Shown piece by piece: positions 24,621-37,364 of a stretch of 48,215 bases of DNA. The DNA lies in contig NC_068987.1 of the NCBI RefSeq assembly GCF_001194135.2, positions 29,388,123 through 29,436,337 on the forward strand, written 5' to 3'. Within the stretch, counting starts at the first letter, position 1. The number at the start of each line of letters is the position of its first letter. The position numbers were made by a program, and so were the translations under genes. This DNA comes from Octopus bimaculoides. Lineage: Eukaryota. The notes under the pieces were generated by a model that worked only from the letters and a program-made list of their open reading frames with translations, did no database searches and was not told where the DNA came from.

Positions 24621-25378
24621 ACAATTAATGTTTCAAAAAAGGCTCGGAGAAATTGTTAAGGGACATGGTCTTGGAATTCCTTAAATCAACTTAACCAGTT
24701 CATATATTATCTCTCCACTCAGTACATAGACAATCTCCTTTCTGTGGCTATTAGAAACAATCGAATTTTTTGTTCGATATTATGTCAAGTCAATTTAGTT
24801 ATTTTATTATGTTCACACTACCATTTTGCTGAATCAGCCAGTGATTCATATGGTAAATATTATATACTGGCAGGTAAGGTTCAGCTTACCCATCAGCGAT
24901 CGAGTGTTCGCTCTCGATGAGCTTTAATTTCAAGCGAAGCTAGCCTGCTACTAGAGTGAACTCGCTCGCTGTAGGGTGGTTATCTCCCCTGTCAATGTGT
25001 TTATCGTGGCTATAAGAGTGTTCACTCTTGTTTCTAGCAATGTAGGTGCTACCCTGCACTCTCAATTACTATTAGTGACAGTCGAAACTTTTATTCTCAT
25101 ATTGCGTCTAGCCACCTTAGTTATTTTATATATATNNNNNNNNNNNNNNNNNNNNNNNNNNNNNNNNNNNNNNNNNNNNNNNNNNNNNNNNNNNNNNNNN
25201 NNNNNNNNNNNNNNNNNNNNNNNNNNNNNNNNNNNNNNNNNNNNNNNNNNNNNNNNNNNNNNNNNNNNNNNNNNNNNNNNNNNNNNNNNNNNNNNNNNNN
25301 NNNNNNNNNNNNNNNNNNNNNNNNNNNNNNNNNNNNNNNNNNNNNNNNNNNNNNNNNNNNNNNNNNNNNNNNNNNNNN

Positions 25379-25410
<32 letters not shown>

Positions 25411-25470
25411 GGACAGACAGACAGATAGATAGATAGACAAGCAGACAGACAGACAGTCAGACAGACAGAG
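25379..25470. repeat. (TA)n-(GACA/GATA)n microsatellite
   Basis: Seen directly. Confidence 0.9.
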
Positions 25471-26229
25471 ATTATTTGAAAATACGAAGACAATATGATC
25501 CTGTCCAGAACCTTTTTGATAAGTTTGCCCTATTATACTATGCTCGAGCAAAGAACTGAGAGGAATAACCTAACGAAATTCCACAACACACAGTTCATCT
25601 GCGCACACCACAGCAAACGCAATTAAATACAACACAATTAAATGCAATGAAACAACTGCGCTAAGCATATCTACTGTCCCAATTTCATGATTCCTTTATA
25701 AACCACTTAACACTGTGCAAGTTCAGATATATTATTTTGTATAACATAGCAATTTATCAAAATTTCATCCGATGTTTTGGTGCAAATTGATCTCAAATAA
25801 TATGAATAAATTACTAATTAACAAACCACATGCTGTTTATTACATTAGCATAATTGCTTCATATTGTTTATATCTATGCTCTAAGCTCTAAATTGATAAT
25901 TTTCTTTTAACTGAAACATTGAATCAAGCAGCGATATCTTATATTAAGTATTAACAAAAGATTGAGTCAATGTATTGCTTCGTTGCAAATAATTTACTTA
26001 TAAGGCCGGTAAGAATGTGCCGGAGGCTGGAGCGGACAGCGATGATAGATTTACATTTGATTTGTGTATAGTCGTTAAAGCAGTAAGTCCAGTCAGCGAT
26101 AAATACAGAGATCGATTTCCATTAGGGAGTTTGTAGTTTAGATTAGATCAAGGATTGATGTTCACTTAGATATAATATTCTATTTCAAACTGCTTATACA
26201 AGTGCATGTGTGCGTTAGTATTTGCGTAC

Positions 26230-26255
<26 letters not shown>

Positions 26256-26267
<12 letters not shown>

Positions 26268-26311
26268 GGAAAAAGACAACAAAAACCAAAGTCCTTTTCC
26301 TCTAATATATA
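26256..26311. repeat. Short inverted repeat (possible internally deleted TA-flanked MITE)
   Basis: atatattagaggaaaaagac ... gtccttttcctctaatatat form ~20-bp arms with one mismatch around a 13-nt A/C loop. Confidence 0.75.
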
Positions 26312-26559
26312 CCTGCTACCATGGAAGCCTAATATTGATCCTTAGCTTCAGCCTCACCTGTGAACTTGGAACCTAATGGATGACCAATTATAGCACATAC
26401 TCAGCGTACCTATTCGATTAGATCACCAGTGAACTAAACTCCTCATATTTTTTTATATCTAGCGGTTTTCTGCTAGCCTAACCTGGAGTATGTCTGTGTG
26501 TGTTTATTATAGTGACAGTGTGCGTGTTTATATTAGAGGGACACAGTATATGTGTGTTT

Positions 26560-26594
<35 letters not shown>

Positions 26595-28043
26595 GGGAAG
26601 AGACAACATTGCAAACAATGAATGAAATAAACAGGAAATGAAAAAATCGTATGAATAAAAGATCGTTAAACACTCTCGGTATTCTTTCAGTTGAACCCTC
26701 AGGAAGACCAAAATGAACAGCTGGTTTTGTTCGTTAATTTTCGTAATTTATTTTATTTATTTACTTTTGTTTTAAAGTGAAAGAGAGGATAAAGTGAAAG
26801 ATGTATGTACGTGTATATGAAATGAACGTATGTGTGGGTGTTTGTGTATATGTGTCAGAGAGAGAGTGAGTGTCACTTAGATATCACTTGCATTCTCTGT
26901 CTCACATACACACACGAACACATACATACAAAAAATGTGTGCATATGTATTTATGTATGTACGTATATATGACAACACACCTCTTCACTCACTCACACAC
27001 AAACACACACATACATAAATGTATACAAATGCACATAAAAAACACACGAGTGCTTGTGTGACTGACTACAAATACATACAGCTGAACACGACGTGCAAAA
27101 AGTAAATAGATAAAAACTTTTACGGAAATTAAGTGTGCGGGTTCAAACGAAAGAATGCCAAACTATCTTGCACTGAATATTTAAATTTGTGAACTTGAAA
27201 TATTCAATAATAAAAGGAAGTTTAGAAAGTAAATTTTCTTGAAAACTTCAATTTATAAAAAAAATTCTCATTTGCTTAGTAAATATTTCTTTCAGTAATT
27301 TATCGCAGTTGTAATATAACTGTAATTTAAAGAAACTTCAAGATAATCTAACCACGTTTAACGTGCTAGAAATAGCAGCGATCACATAGTTTACTGTAAG
27401 GCTTATTGTGTTCCAAACATCCACACCAACAAAGTCACTTGATTTCTTTTTAGCATTATATCGATATATTAANNNNNNNNNNNNNNNNNNNNNNNNNNNN
27501 NNNNNNNNNNNNNNNNNNNNNNNNNNNNNNNNNNNNNNNNNNNNNNNNNNNNNNNNNNNNNNNNNNNNNNNNATACACAGTCATACACAAACATGCACAT
27601 TGTTTGTTTGTACGGCTGTACGAATGCCCTAACTAATATACACAACTTGGTGAATTCAGAAGAAGATAACTGCTATGCTGGAGATTATTTAGATACAAAA
27701 TTGTGTATTCATCAGTCGATAAACATTATTTCCAGTTGATATTTACATTCAGCATTATAATATATTCTACTTAGCAATATATAACATACCAGTTCATAGT
27801 TTAATATCTTTGTTTTTATCAACAATTTCGAAACTATCCTTGATTAAGTATTATTGATTTTAAAAACGTTATTGTCTCTTCGAAGTTATACTGATTTCTT
27901 TTTTATTGTTTGTAACTTTTTATTTGCCATTTTTTTCCTTAAACTTTCATTTGTCTCCCTTCCCACTCTTCCTTCACCCTCTCTAATCTTTCTTATCTTT
28001 CTATTTGTTTTTCTGTTATTTTTCACTTCATTTTCTGTGCAAC

Positions 28044-28136
28044 ACTACTACTACTACCGCCAGTAACACCATCTCTTTTTTACTACTACAAGTAATACTA
28101 CTACCGTTACTACTACTACTACTACTACTACTACTT
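28044..28136. repeat. (ACT)n trinucleotide microsatellite, interrupted
   Basis: Seen directly. Confidence 0.9.
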
Positions 28137-28689
28137 TTAATTCTTATTTGTCTAAAAATTTTCTACCCTTTTGTCATATTACTATTCACCACTTCCTCCT
28201 CATTATCACCATCATTCTCTTCTTCCAACGTTACATTCGTCCGATAGGATTATTGCACTGCTATAATGGTACGGAATAGAAATGGTCGCTCACAGAAGGC
28301 AATAGAGTGATACGAAACGGCAGATCACCGATCTGAATTCATTATAGCATATTTAATTTACTCCATTTGCTTTCACATTTAAATCTCTCTAGGATTCAAT
28401 AAAATAACTAACAGATAGACATATTGTTCTGGGAACTCAACCCAATATAGTCTGTCTCTAGGACTTATGTGTGTCTTCTGCCTTGATGAAATTAATCATG
28501 GTAATTGCAATCAATGGTAATTTACTGCTAATTAGAAATTTCTAACAATGATACAAGGTCATCAATCCACAGGATAAGATTACATGAATTGATCCCCTTA
28601 GTCAATTATTGATAATTATTTTCCTGACCCCTGCTTCCAAATCTATGAAAAGCCTGAGAGACATGAGGGTAAATATCAGTTAAAAATTT

Positions 28690-28887
28690 TGGGACAAGGC
28701 CAGTAATTTCAGGGAAGGTGGATAAGTTGATTACATCGCCCCCACCACTCAACTGGTACTTATTTTCTTCAACCCGGGGTACAGAATGCAAAACCAATCT
28801 CAGTGGAATTTGAAATCAGTGAAAACGGACGAGATGCCGCAAACAATTTTGCTTGGCGATCGAATTATTCTGTCAGTTCACTGCCTT
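28690..28887 (-). mobile_element. SINE family A, degenerate
   Basis: Plus strand has gattacatcgcccc...actggtacttattttc...gtggaatttgaaatcag...acggacgagatgccgc...attctgtcagttcactgcc, the reverse complement of family-A landmarks. Confidence 0.7.
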
Positions 28888-29590
28888 GAGGTTACTTATT
28901 CAGTCAGACACTCAGTGGTATTGCAGCGCAACCAATCCATTTCCTATAACTTGACTGTATCACTAGGCAACAATCTTAATACTGAAATGTATCACAGAGC
29001 AACCAGTCTGTTACCAAACCATATGACACAACAGCCAATTCGTTGCTTAATGAATTGCGGTAAAAGAAGGCTGTTGCTCAGGCGTATTACAAATTTCAGT
29101 TGATCTAAAAGTAAATAAAGATATGAAGTGGTAAGATGCCAAGGAGCCTAATACTTGGTTGCCGTTGTCTGATAAATGGCAGCTATCTAAAACTAATCCG
29201 TAGTTATAGCTATGTGTTGTGGATGTGTTTCAGTCTTATCAAAGATTGTCCAGCGAAGCGTGGAGCAGTCACAGTTGGCAACATCTTGGAACTACTATAT
29301 ATGATTTTTTTTCTTATGAGGAAATCATTGATTTGGCAAACTAAAATAATGATAATTGACAATTTCACAATGGGGCCTAATCATAATGAACAGAAATCTG
29401 ATTAGCGTTTATGAATCTTAATTCCACAATGAAAAGGAAGCGGAATCCAAAGGATTAAACATTACTTCCAGCTAAACACCTAACGTATACTAACGTGCAC
29501 TTAACTGTGTTTTTTTTTATATAGAATCCACTGTAACTAACACAATTTAATATCCCACATTCTCCACATTTCAGTAACACACGGTCTTAC

Positions 29591-29666
29591 CACTTCACTG
29601 TCAAGAATGTTGACACCTCCTGCACTCACTCCTTGACCATGAAAGACAGTGTTCAATGTGTATAAT
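29591..29666 (-). CDS. Candidate internal coding exon of an unidentified gene (76 nt, phase 2 to 0; LYTLNTVFHGQGVSAGGVNILDSEV)
   Basis: Acceptor tttttttcttttgacatgaatttatag|, donor gtg|gtaaga; exactly one of three frames is open; sequence is more GC-balanced than the flanks. Confidence 0.5.
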
Positions 29667-30278
29667 CTATAAATTCATGTCAAAAGAAAAAAATCAGGAA
29701 AGATGCATATATTCATTTTAATATCAATACTTTATTTCATTTTTCTCGAGTTATCTTCTTGAAGTCGTTTCAGATATAATTGCATTATTGCTTCGGAATT
29801 GAATTATTCTATTTTCATTCAGCCAATTGCTAAAGTTTTCACAATGAGGTATTGTTGTATTTGAGACATTTTTATCTTGTTATGCACACACACACACGAT
29901 ATCACACACAATTCTGTATGTCATACATCACTCAGATGTATCGTAGAAAGCCTTGAACTTATGGTATTCGTTTCGAGAATACCATAACGTACAGTGTTAA
30001 AAACGTACAGTGTTAAACACGCAGAAATATTTTAGTAGCAGACAGAAAAAGAAAATGGAATTACTAAATGCGAATTTCTGCTTTTTTAGTGTCAATAAGC
30101 TTAGGCTTCTGCAAATATAAATAAACACTGGTGCTAGGCGCTTTTCGTGTGCCAATGGTAAATTTTTGTAACGATATACTTCGTTATTAGAGACTTCCTT
30201 GAGACTAATGTGTATCTGCGTTGAGTGTGATATCTGAAATGCTATTCTGATCTAATGCCGCTTCCATCGCTGATGATG

Positions 30279-30313
<35 letters not shown>

Positions 30314-30369
30314 TAGAAGTTTGCTGTCTATATATGTATATATTAGTGTGTGGTGTGAGTGAGAGTGTC

Positions 30370-30530
30370 TTTGCGTGTGCGTTTGTTCCTCCCTAAGCAT
30401 CTCTTGGAAAACTGTGTTGCGTTGCTTATATGCTTCTAACTTGATGGTCGGTAAATAAAGTCCGACAGAATAAGTACCAAACTTTAAAATAATAAGTACT
30501 GTGGTCGATTTGTTCTACTAAGCTCTTCAA
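30370..30530 (+). mobile_element. SINE family B 3' half, degenerate
   Basis: gtttgttcc...ccgacagaataagtacc...aagtactgtggtcgatttgttc landmarks match 31850-31980. Confidence 0.55.
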
Positions 30531-30582
30531 TGCGTTCTGTCAGCAAGGCTGCACTCCGATGAGTCAAACAAAACAGAACTGA

Positions 30583-30587
30583 TATAT

Positions 30588-30649
<62 letters not shown>

Positions 30650-30680
30650 GCGTGTGTATGTGTGTAGGTATATGTATATG
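30583..30680. repeat. (TA)n / (TG)n microsatellite
   Basis: Seen directly. Confidence 0.95.
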
Positions 30681-30686
30681 TGTGTT

Positions 30687-30901
30687 CGCAGAATCGTTAG
30701 CACGCTGGACGAAATGCTCAGTGGTATTTCGTCTGTCGCTACGTTAAGTACAAATTCCACCGAGGTCGACTTTAATTCTCATCCTTTCGGGGTCGATAAC
30801 TTAGGAATCATTTACGCACTGGTGTCGATGTAATCGACAGGATACCTCTCCCCATATATCAGGTCTGGTGCCTTTAGTAGAAAGGATTATTATTATTATT
30901 A
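30687..30901 (+). mobile_element. SINE family A
   Basis: gcagaatcgttagcacgctggacgaaatgc...aaattccaccgaggtcgactt...catcctttcggggtcgata...gtagaaaggattattattatt. Confidence 0.85.
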
Positions 30902-31139
30902 GTATTTAAAAAAGCTTGATTAGGGCTCCATCCGACATAATTGTAGGTTGACTTCTTACAGAAACCTAGCTCATCACCCTCAGTTAACCAAATGCTGACG
31001 ATGAGAGAAGTCCAAGATGGCCACCGGAAACAGTGCTGCCATTGGTCATCCAGCGACACCAGATGCATTAAAAGAATTTCATGGATGGAGCGGTAAGCTA
31101 ATGGCGACTTGCTGTCTAGCCGGCCTCTGAATGGATTTG

Positions 31140-31550
31140 CTGGTGAGTGAGTGAGTCAGTGTGTGTGTGTGTGTTTGTGTGTATGGCAAATGTATGAGTG
31201 TGTAGATATGGGTGTCTGATGCGTGTGTGTATCGGGTGGGGTGAGATACGCGCGTGTGTAAGTTTGTGTGTGGATGAGAGCTGATGACATCCGCTGGTTG
31301 ATGCGTATATGCGTGTTTGCTCTGATGTGTGTACGTATGAGTGCAGGTGAGTATCAGCCATGTGTCAGTGCTCACGTGCTTAGGATGCATGCATAGTTGT
31401 TTGTGCGTATGAATGATTGGTGAATGTATGTACACTTATTTATATGTGTACGTATGAATGCGTGCGCGTTTGTCTGGAAGAACATGTAAGCGTATGTATG
31501 TTTTCATCTCGTCTGTTCATGTGTGTGTGTGTGTGTGTATACATATATAG
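31140..31550. repeat. Degenerate GT-rich low-complexity tract
   Basis: Cryptic (GT)n/(GTAT)n simplicity; produces spurious H/T-rich ORFs on the minus strand. Confidence 0.8.
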
Positions 31551-31669
31551 TCATGCTTTTGGAATTTCTGTGTCCGAGCATGACAGATGCATGCTGGTGT
31601 GATTGTAGTAGCATTGGTAGGGTGCGGGAATCGAGGGTTGGATTCAGTTGTGGTGGTGTTAAACTTAAG

Positions 31670-32040
31670 CGTGGCTGTGTGGTAAGAAATTCACTTCCTA
31701 ATCACATGGTCCAGGGTTCAGTGCCACTGTGTGACACCCTGGGCAAGTTGTCTTATATTATAGCCGCGGGCCAACCAAACCTTTGTTAGTGGATGGAGAC
31801 TGAAAGAAGACCGTCGTAATATTTGTGTGTGTGTGTGTGTGTGTCCATGTTTGTCTCCTAAAACCACTTGGCAACAAGTGTTGGTCTGTTTACGTCCCAG
31901 TGGTTCAGCAAAAGTGACCGATAGAATAATTACCAGACTTTATAAAAATTAATATTTAGTGGGGTCGATTCGTTTGACCTAAATTCTTCAAGGCAGAACC
32001 TCAGCATGACCGCAGTCTAACGACTGAAACCAGTTAAATA
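31670..32040 (+). mobile_element. SINE family B, full length and diverged
   Basis: Head gtggctgtgtggtaag (A-box-like) and gggttcagtgcc (B-box-like), internal (GT)n, cagcaaaagtgaccgatagaataa, and 3' end cagcatgaccgcagtctaacgactgaaac. Confidence 0.85.
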
Positions 32041-32099
32041 TATATATATATATATATGAGAGAGAGAAAGAGAGATGAACTAAAATAAGAAGGTACGAA

Positions 32100-32220
32100 G
32101 CTTAATGGTTAGGGTGTTAAGCCTATGACCACAAAAGTGCGGGTATAGATTCCCTTAAGGAAGTTATTTCATTTCATTTTGCTCCAATCTATTCAGCTGA
32201 AAATGATACCCCAGCGGAGT
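32100..32220 (+). mobile_element. SINE family C, degenerate
   Basis: taatggttagggtgtt head and ttgctccaatctattcagctgaaaatga core shared with 7105-7290. Confidence 0.45.
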
Positions 32221-34002
32221 ACTGGTGCATCACTCTCTCTCTCTCTCTCTCTGTTTCTCCCTCTCTGACATCCTTTTAATAGATAAGGGAAGCAGCACTA
32301 GAGGATATCTATGTCTGCTACCAAGTTATACTCGATTGCGTGTGACGTCTGTTTTTTTTCTTACAATGGTATCTAATATAAACTTCTATTTTTAAGGCAT
32401 TGGATGTAATTTGAGAGAAAATTGGTTGCTATTTCTAGATGTGACAAATCTCAACTTTTTCTTTATAATACCATGTATAGATGAAAAGTAAAATCAACTC
32501 TCTTAGGGTTTGAACTGAGAACGTAGCCGACTGAAAGTAAATATCAGGCATTTAAACCGGCATTTCCCTGACACCACTGTCTCAAGCTTCAATGTAAATG
32601 TAATACTATAGATGTCTTGCATTGACACACAAGGAGAGAAATTAGTAATGGAGATGTATAGTCAATTTATTCCACTACAGTACTTGGACATAATTAACAT
32701 ATCAACTGTAGAAGGATATATAGTCGAACACGATCTTGATGTTGATTTGAACTTAGAATAAAAGACATGTAATTAAATACTTCAACGTATTTAAAAAGAC
32801 AGGTAACAATTTCAGTCAACTAACAGGTTCATGTAAGACAGTGGGTTGATAAAGGCTGTAGGGCTTTATGAGTTTAAGTATTAAAGCGACGTCTACTTTA
32901 TATTATCTTATAACGAAGAGTGGTACGTACATTCATTAAACAAGAGACGAATCTTTAATAACGTTGACATATGGAAATATGTCTCTTAGCTCTTGTGTTT
33001 GGCACTAAAATTGAATAAATAATTAAGATGGTCGCACAAAATTACATTTCTTTGAAGATTTATTTCTGTAGGTAAAATACACTATAAGCGAATTTTGTCA
33101 AATTAAAGTAGAAATATGGAATCTTCTTCATAAACTATGACACTATAGGAACTTCAAAGTATTCGAAACAAAGCAGTATTAAAATATTATTTTTTTAAAT
33201 CTTCATATTCAAGTTATATCTCAACCATTAACTCGATGCTTCTAGACTATACAAGCTTTCTCCATAGCAACAATATCGTTACCCTTCCGCTATGCCATAT
33301 AGTCAGTAACGATTCTTGCATATCAAATTCTCAGTTATTTAAATCTGCAGCGAATATTATGTATATACACGACATAGACATATCGAGGAAGACACTAGCA
33401 TGTAGTTGTGGTTTATTTTAGCTGAATTATATTCCAGAGAGAGGAAGCGAGATGAAGGATTTTAGACTAATAGTAGTTGTTCTTCACTATCTATTGATTG
33501 TCGAAATTTTAGCTTTCAGAAATAATTATATGAAATTATAATGTAGAAGATATTCTTCAGAATTTATTTGCATTCAGAATTTTAAAAATATTTCAGACTC
33601 AGTCTCTATTTGTGGACAGTATAAAAGCAATATTTAGCTGAATTCTTATGATTTGTGCTAGTCATAAATCATTGAAATGTCTGTCAATAAGCATATATTG
33701 ATACTGTGATGGTCAGTGAACTCATAAATGTATCACATCCAGTTTGACCAAAGAAAATACTTTAAATCCCTCCCTATAACGTTATTTTATGTCACAGCAT
33801 AGATCAGATGAATGGTAATTTAATTATTTTTTTAATACGCTATTAGATTTGTTTTTAATAGATCTAGCTAGATTTCAGATGCTTTTAGTTTTAGATACTT
33901 CATGGTTGTTGTAGTTTCTTCGTGTATCATAATTTATATACGATCTATCATGTTTCTGCACTTTGTTCTGCGATAGCCGTTAATCTCCTACAATTTTATA
34001 AC

Positions 34003-34052
34003 CTTCCACCTCTCAGAAGCTCTCTGTAATTTCACACAAAATTTCTGTTCAT
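34003..34052 (-). CDS. Candidate small coding exon (xEQKFCVKLQRASERWK; donor ambiguous, 34003 or 34010)
   Basis: Acceptor tttacgcttgtttactttcaccag|; open frame for 16 codons; candidate donors aag|gttata or gag ag|gtggaa, both weak. Confidence 0.3.
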
Positions 34053-35633
34053 CTGGTGAAAGTAAACAAGCGTAAATGAAGAAATTTAATCCATAACCTT
34101 AGATATTCAAATTTTATCATAAATGTCCAGGTTAGCATAAAATAGTGTCTGATTATTACTGATGTTTCCGTTTAACGATTTTCTTTCATGAATCACACTA
34201 TCACACAATTTTCAAATGCATCATATTATGAAGCAGCAGGATAAGTATAAATGAACGGCTAAACCATTTCAGTTCATGACAACTTCTTACATTGAATTAA
34301 TATGAAAATTGTTTGGTGGGTTGGGATTTGTGTTGTTTTGCACGAGACTTTGATTACGAAGTTTGCTGTATTCAAATTTCAATGTTGCTGTTCTTTCAAT
34401 TAATTACACGGAAACGAACATTTTGCATTAATACATAACCAGAGATGTGAAGGATGACGTACACCAAAAGGAAAATCCTAGTCAATGTCCTTTATATAGC
34501 GGGGTCGATTCATCGATTGTTACTGTTTCTCCATTTACCTCTGTTTCCCTACTTGCTAAAATTTATTCACCAAAGATTGAGTATTTGGCTATGTTTGTTT
34601 AAGTCACCGAACAATAAATTCTATTCATAAGATCCATATATTTCTATCAGTCCTTCATTTAGCTTAAGGTTGAAATTTCTCGTATGTTAATAATTTATTT
34701 TACTTTTAGTGTCAGGTTATGAAAATGATGACCTTGTACATGAAAGGTGTTAACCATCTTAATTAGATCATATGTTAGTTCAAGTTAGTTTATTATTTAC
34801 AAGTTATAATACAGAGCTCTTCAATCAATGCCAAGTTATTAACTTACGTTTCACAATTATATCTCGTCGTTTTATAGAACGCGCTATGTTTGTTGTTCTT
34901 AGATCAAAAACCATATTTGTACACTCCCTCCATGAGAATTTATAAGATACAAAATGTAATTTTTTTCTGATATTTATGATTACTTCAAAGTAAATATTAA
35001 CATATGTAAAGGAAACTTTTTATACACAGTCATCAAAATCTGTTTTGTTTTCCCTCAGTTCATTGAGGATTTTTCTCCAGCTTCAGAGCTTTTTGCTAGA
35101 ACAGTATTAATTTCGACTGAGGATATATATAGTTGAATGAATCCTCTCAGGAAAATCTAACTCTAATTTATTTTACATATCAAGGAATTAGTTTTCGCTA
35201 CGTCGGCATTTTTTAACCGCTTATTATCGTTATGTAACGGCAGAAAGCCACACGTTTATAAAGTAAAATATAGCTTTTTTTTAAAATTGTTATTCTATAG
35301 AGGAATAAAATGGTGAGCAGGCATATTCATTATCACTTCAAATAAGTTGCTTTGCGACATTTCATCTGGCTCTTTTTCATCCCTTTTGGGATTGATAAGA
35401 AAAAGTGTTAATTAAATACTAAGACGGATATAATCGGTTACAAGCAAACTACTGTAACAGTGATAATCTTGTGTAAAAAATAAGGTAGTGAACAATAACA
35501 TCATTGGTTACAGGTGCTAAGCAACGAGTCAATCATTGGCCTAATACATTTCTGACGTTGAGAATGATGAGAGCATTTGAGGGTCAGTGCAAAATAAATG
35601 CTGTAGTCCGATGACTAAAACAAATAAACGCTC

Positions 35634-35676
<43 letters not shown>

Positions 35677-36103
35677 NNNNNNNNNNNNNNNNNNNNNNNN
35701 NNNNNNNNNNNNNNNNNNNNNNNNNNNNNNNNNNNNNNNNNNNNNNNNNNNNNNNNNNNNNNNNNNNNNNNNNNNNNNNNNNNNNNNNNNNNNNNNNNNN
35801 NNNNNNNNNNNNNNNNNNNNNNNNNNNNNNNNNNNNNNNNNNNNNNNNNNNNNNNNNNNNNNNNNNNNNNNNNNNNNNNNNNNNNNNNNNNNNNNNNNNN
35901 NNNNNNNNNNNNNNNNNNNNNNNNNNNNNNNNNNNNNNNNNNNNNNNNNNNNNNNNNNNNNNNNNNNNNNNNNNNNNNNNNNNNNNNNNNNNNNNNNNNN
36001 NNNNNNNNNNNNNNNNNNNNNNNNNNNNNNNNNNNNNNNNNNNNNNNNNNNNNNNNNNNNNNNNNNNNNNNNNNNNNNNNNNNNNNNNNNNNNNNNNNNN
36101 NNN

Positions 36104-36171
<68 letters not shown>

Positions 36172-36498
36172 TGTGTGTCAACGTCCTCTACTGTGCGATA
36201 TTACCCGGAAAATCACAGTGATGAAGCAAACTATTGGCTTGTCAAATAAATTCGTTCGTTTTGCTCTTCTTTTTTCCCACTTGGCCCTCCATCGTCATAT
36301 GTTTGAAAAGAGATAAAATTTATTCAAGTTTCAAAAACGACAAATAAAAGTTGTAGAAGAGGACTACGATACGAATAATCTTACATTAATCCAAATAACA
36401 CTGGAAAGGATTAAAAGAAATGGAATAAAACGAAGGAATTTATCTGACACGTCTAAACTTAATCAGACAGCCATGAATCGATCACATTAGCAACTCAC

Positions 36499-36518
36499 TG
36501 ATACCTATTTCATCTATT
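36499..36518 (-). CDS. Candidate 20-nt micro-exon (IDEIGI)
   Basis: Strong acceptor cttatttatttttcaccctccag| and donor ca|gtgagt only 20 nt apart. Confidence 0.3.
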
Positions 36519-36750
36519 CTGGAGGGTGAAAAATAAATAAGATTTTGATGAAAGTTCACCATCAGAACATATGGAGATGCATTTACACACTATAAGCTAT
36601 TTATATTTTGTTTTTCGTTTATTGCATTCTAAGTTACTAGGTTACCTGTGCTTTCAAGTTTCATATATTGATGAGTAAAATAACGTTTTTATCGTGTAAT
36701 CATCTCTATGTATACAAGTTTTAAGTTTCTGTAAAACGGTATCAGCTTAC

Positions 36751-36770
36751 CTCCGCTTCAACTTGCTTCT
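36751..36770 (-). CDS. Candidate 20-nt micro-exon (RSKLKR)
   Basis: Strong donor gag|gtaagc; acceptor caaattaaag| is weak. Confidence 0.15.
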
Positions 36771-36839
36771 CTTTAATTTGAAACCATTTAGGTATTTAAG
36801 CCATTTAGGTATTTAACGCATTCTATCTTTGCAGTATTA

Positions 36840-37065
36840 GCTGTAGTGGCAGCAGTGATGCGTAATGGTGGTGGTGGTGGTGGTAGTAGTAGTAGTGATA
36901 TTTGGAGTTGGTAGTTGTTTTAGTAATGGTAGTGGTCGTAGTAGCAGCAGCAGCAGCTGTAGTTGAAGTAGTAACATTTGTGGTGGTACTACAGATAAAA
37001 GTAGTGATATTGTAATAATGATAGTATAGGTATTATTAAATATTAGTAGTTAGGAACTGTAGTAG
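36840..37065. repeat. Degenerate (GTA/GTG/GCA)n triplet mosaic
   Basis: ggtggtggtggtagtagtagt, agtagcagcagcagcagctgtagt etc. seen directly. Confidence 0.85.
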
Positions 37066-37168
37066 TTGGGCAAAAGTATAGGAAAGCAGGTTCCGCCTAA
37101 CACCAGATGGGAAAAACATGAACTCGTCTTTAAATTATTAGTGGGAAATAACTTTAAATGAGGTCGCC

Positions 37169-37364
37169 TTAACCCTTTAGCGTTCATATTACTCTGTCAA
37201 ACGTAGTGGTTGTTTATTCGCATAATTTTGAATTAATCATGCAAAATCTTGTAGCTTTGAGATTTTTATGATGTGATTGTTTATTCTTAGAACGACATTG
37301 TAGAGAAGGTGTGATAGACTAGGTCTGGCCTCTGGCCAATTTGAGATGCATATCCTAAACGTTT
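37169..37364. mobile_element. Possible piggyBac-like MITE, degenerate
   Basis: Begins ttaa-ccctttagc (TTAA site plus CCC TIR start typical of piggyBac); the right end atcctaaacgtt only loosely matches the expected gctaaaggg-ttaa. Confidence 0.45.

Noticed and set aside
27854-28247. Signal-peptide or transmembrane-like poly-Leu ORFs
   Set aside because: They arise from (ACT)n and T-rich low-complexity DNA.
28990-29104. Minus-strand exon after the acceptor ctttatttacttttag
   Set aside because: In the phase required after the 76-nt exon it reads IN* immediately; an alternative short terminal exon cannot be excluded but is unsupported.
30060-30108. Extra minus-strand exon after the strong acceptor gtttatttatatttgcag (KPKLIDTKKAEIRI*)
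   Set aside because: Joining it to the 76-nt exon creates a TAA stop; at most an alternative terminal exon, with no evidence.
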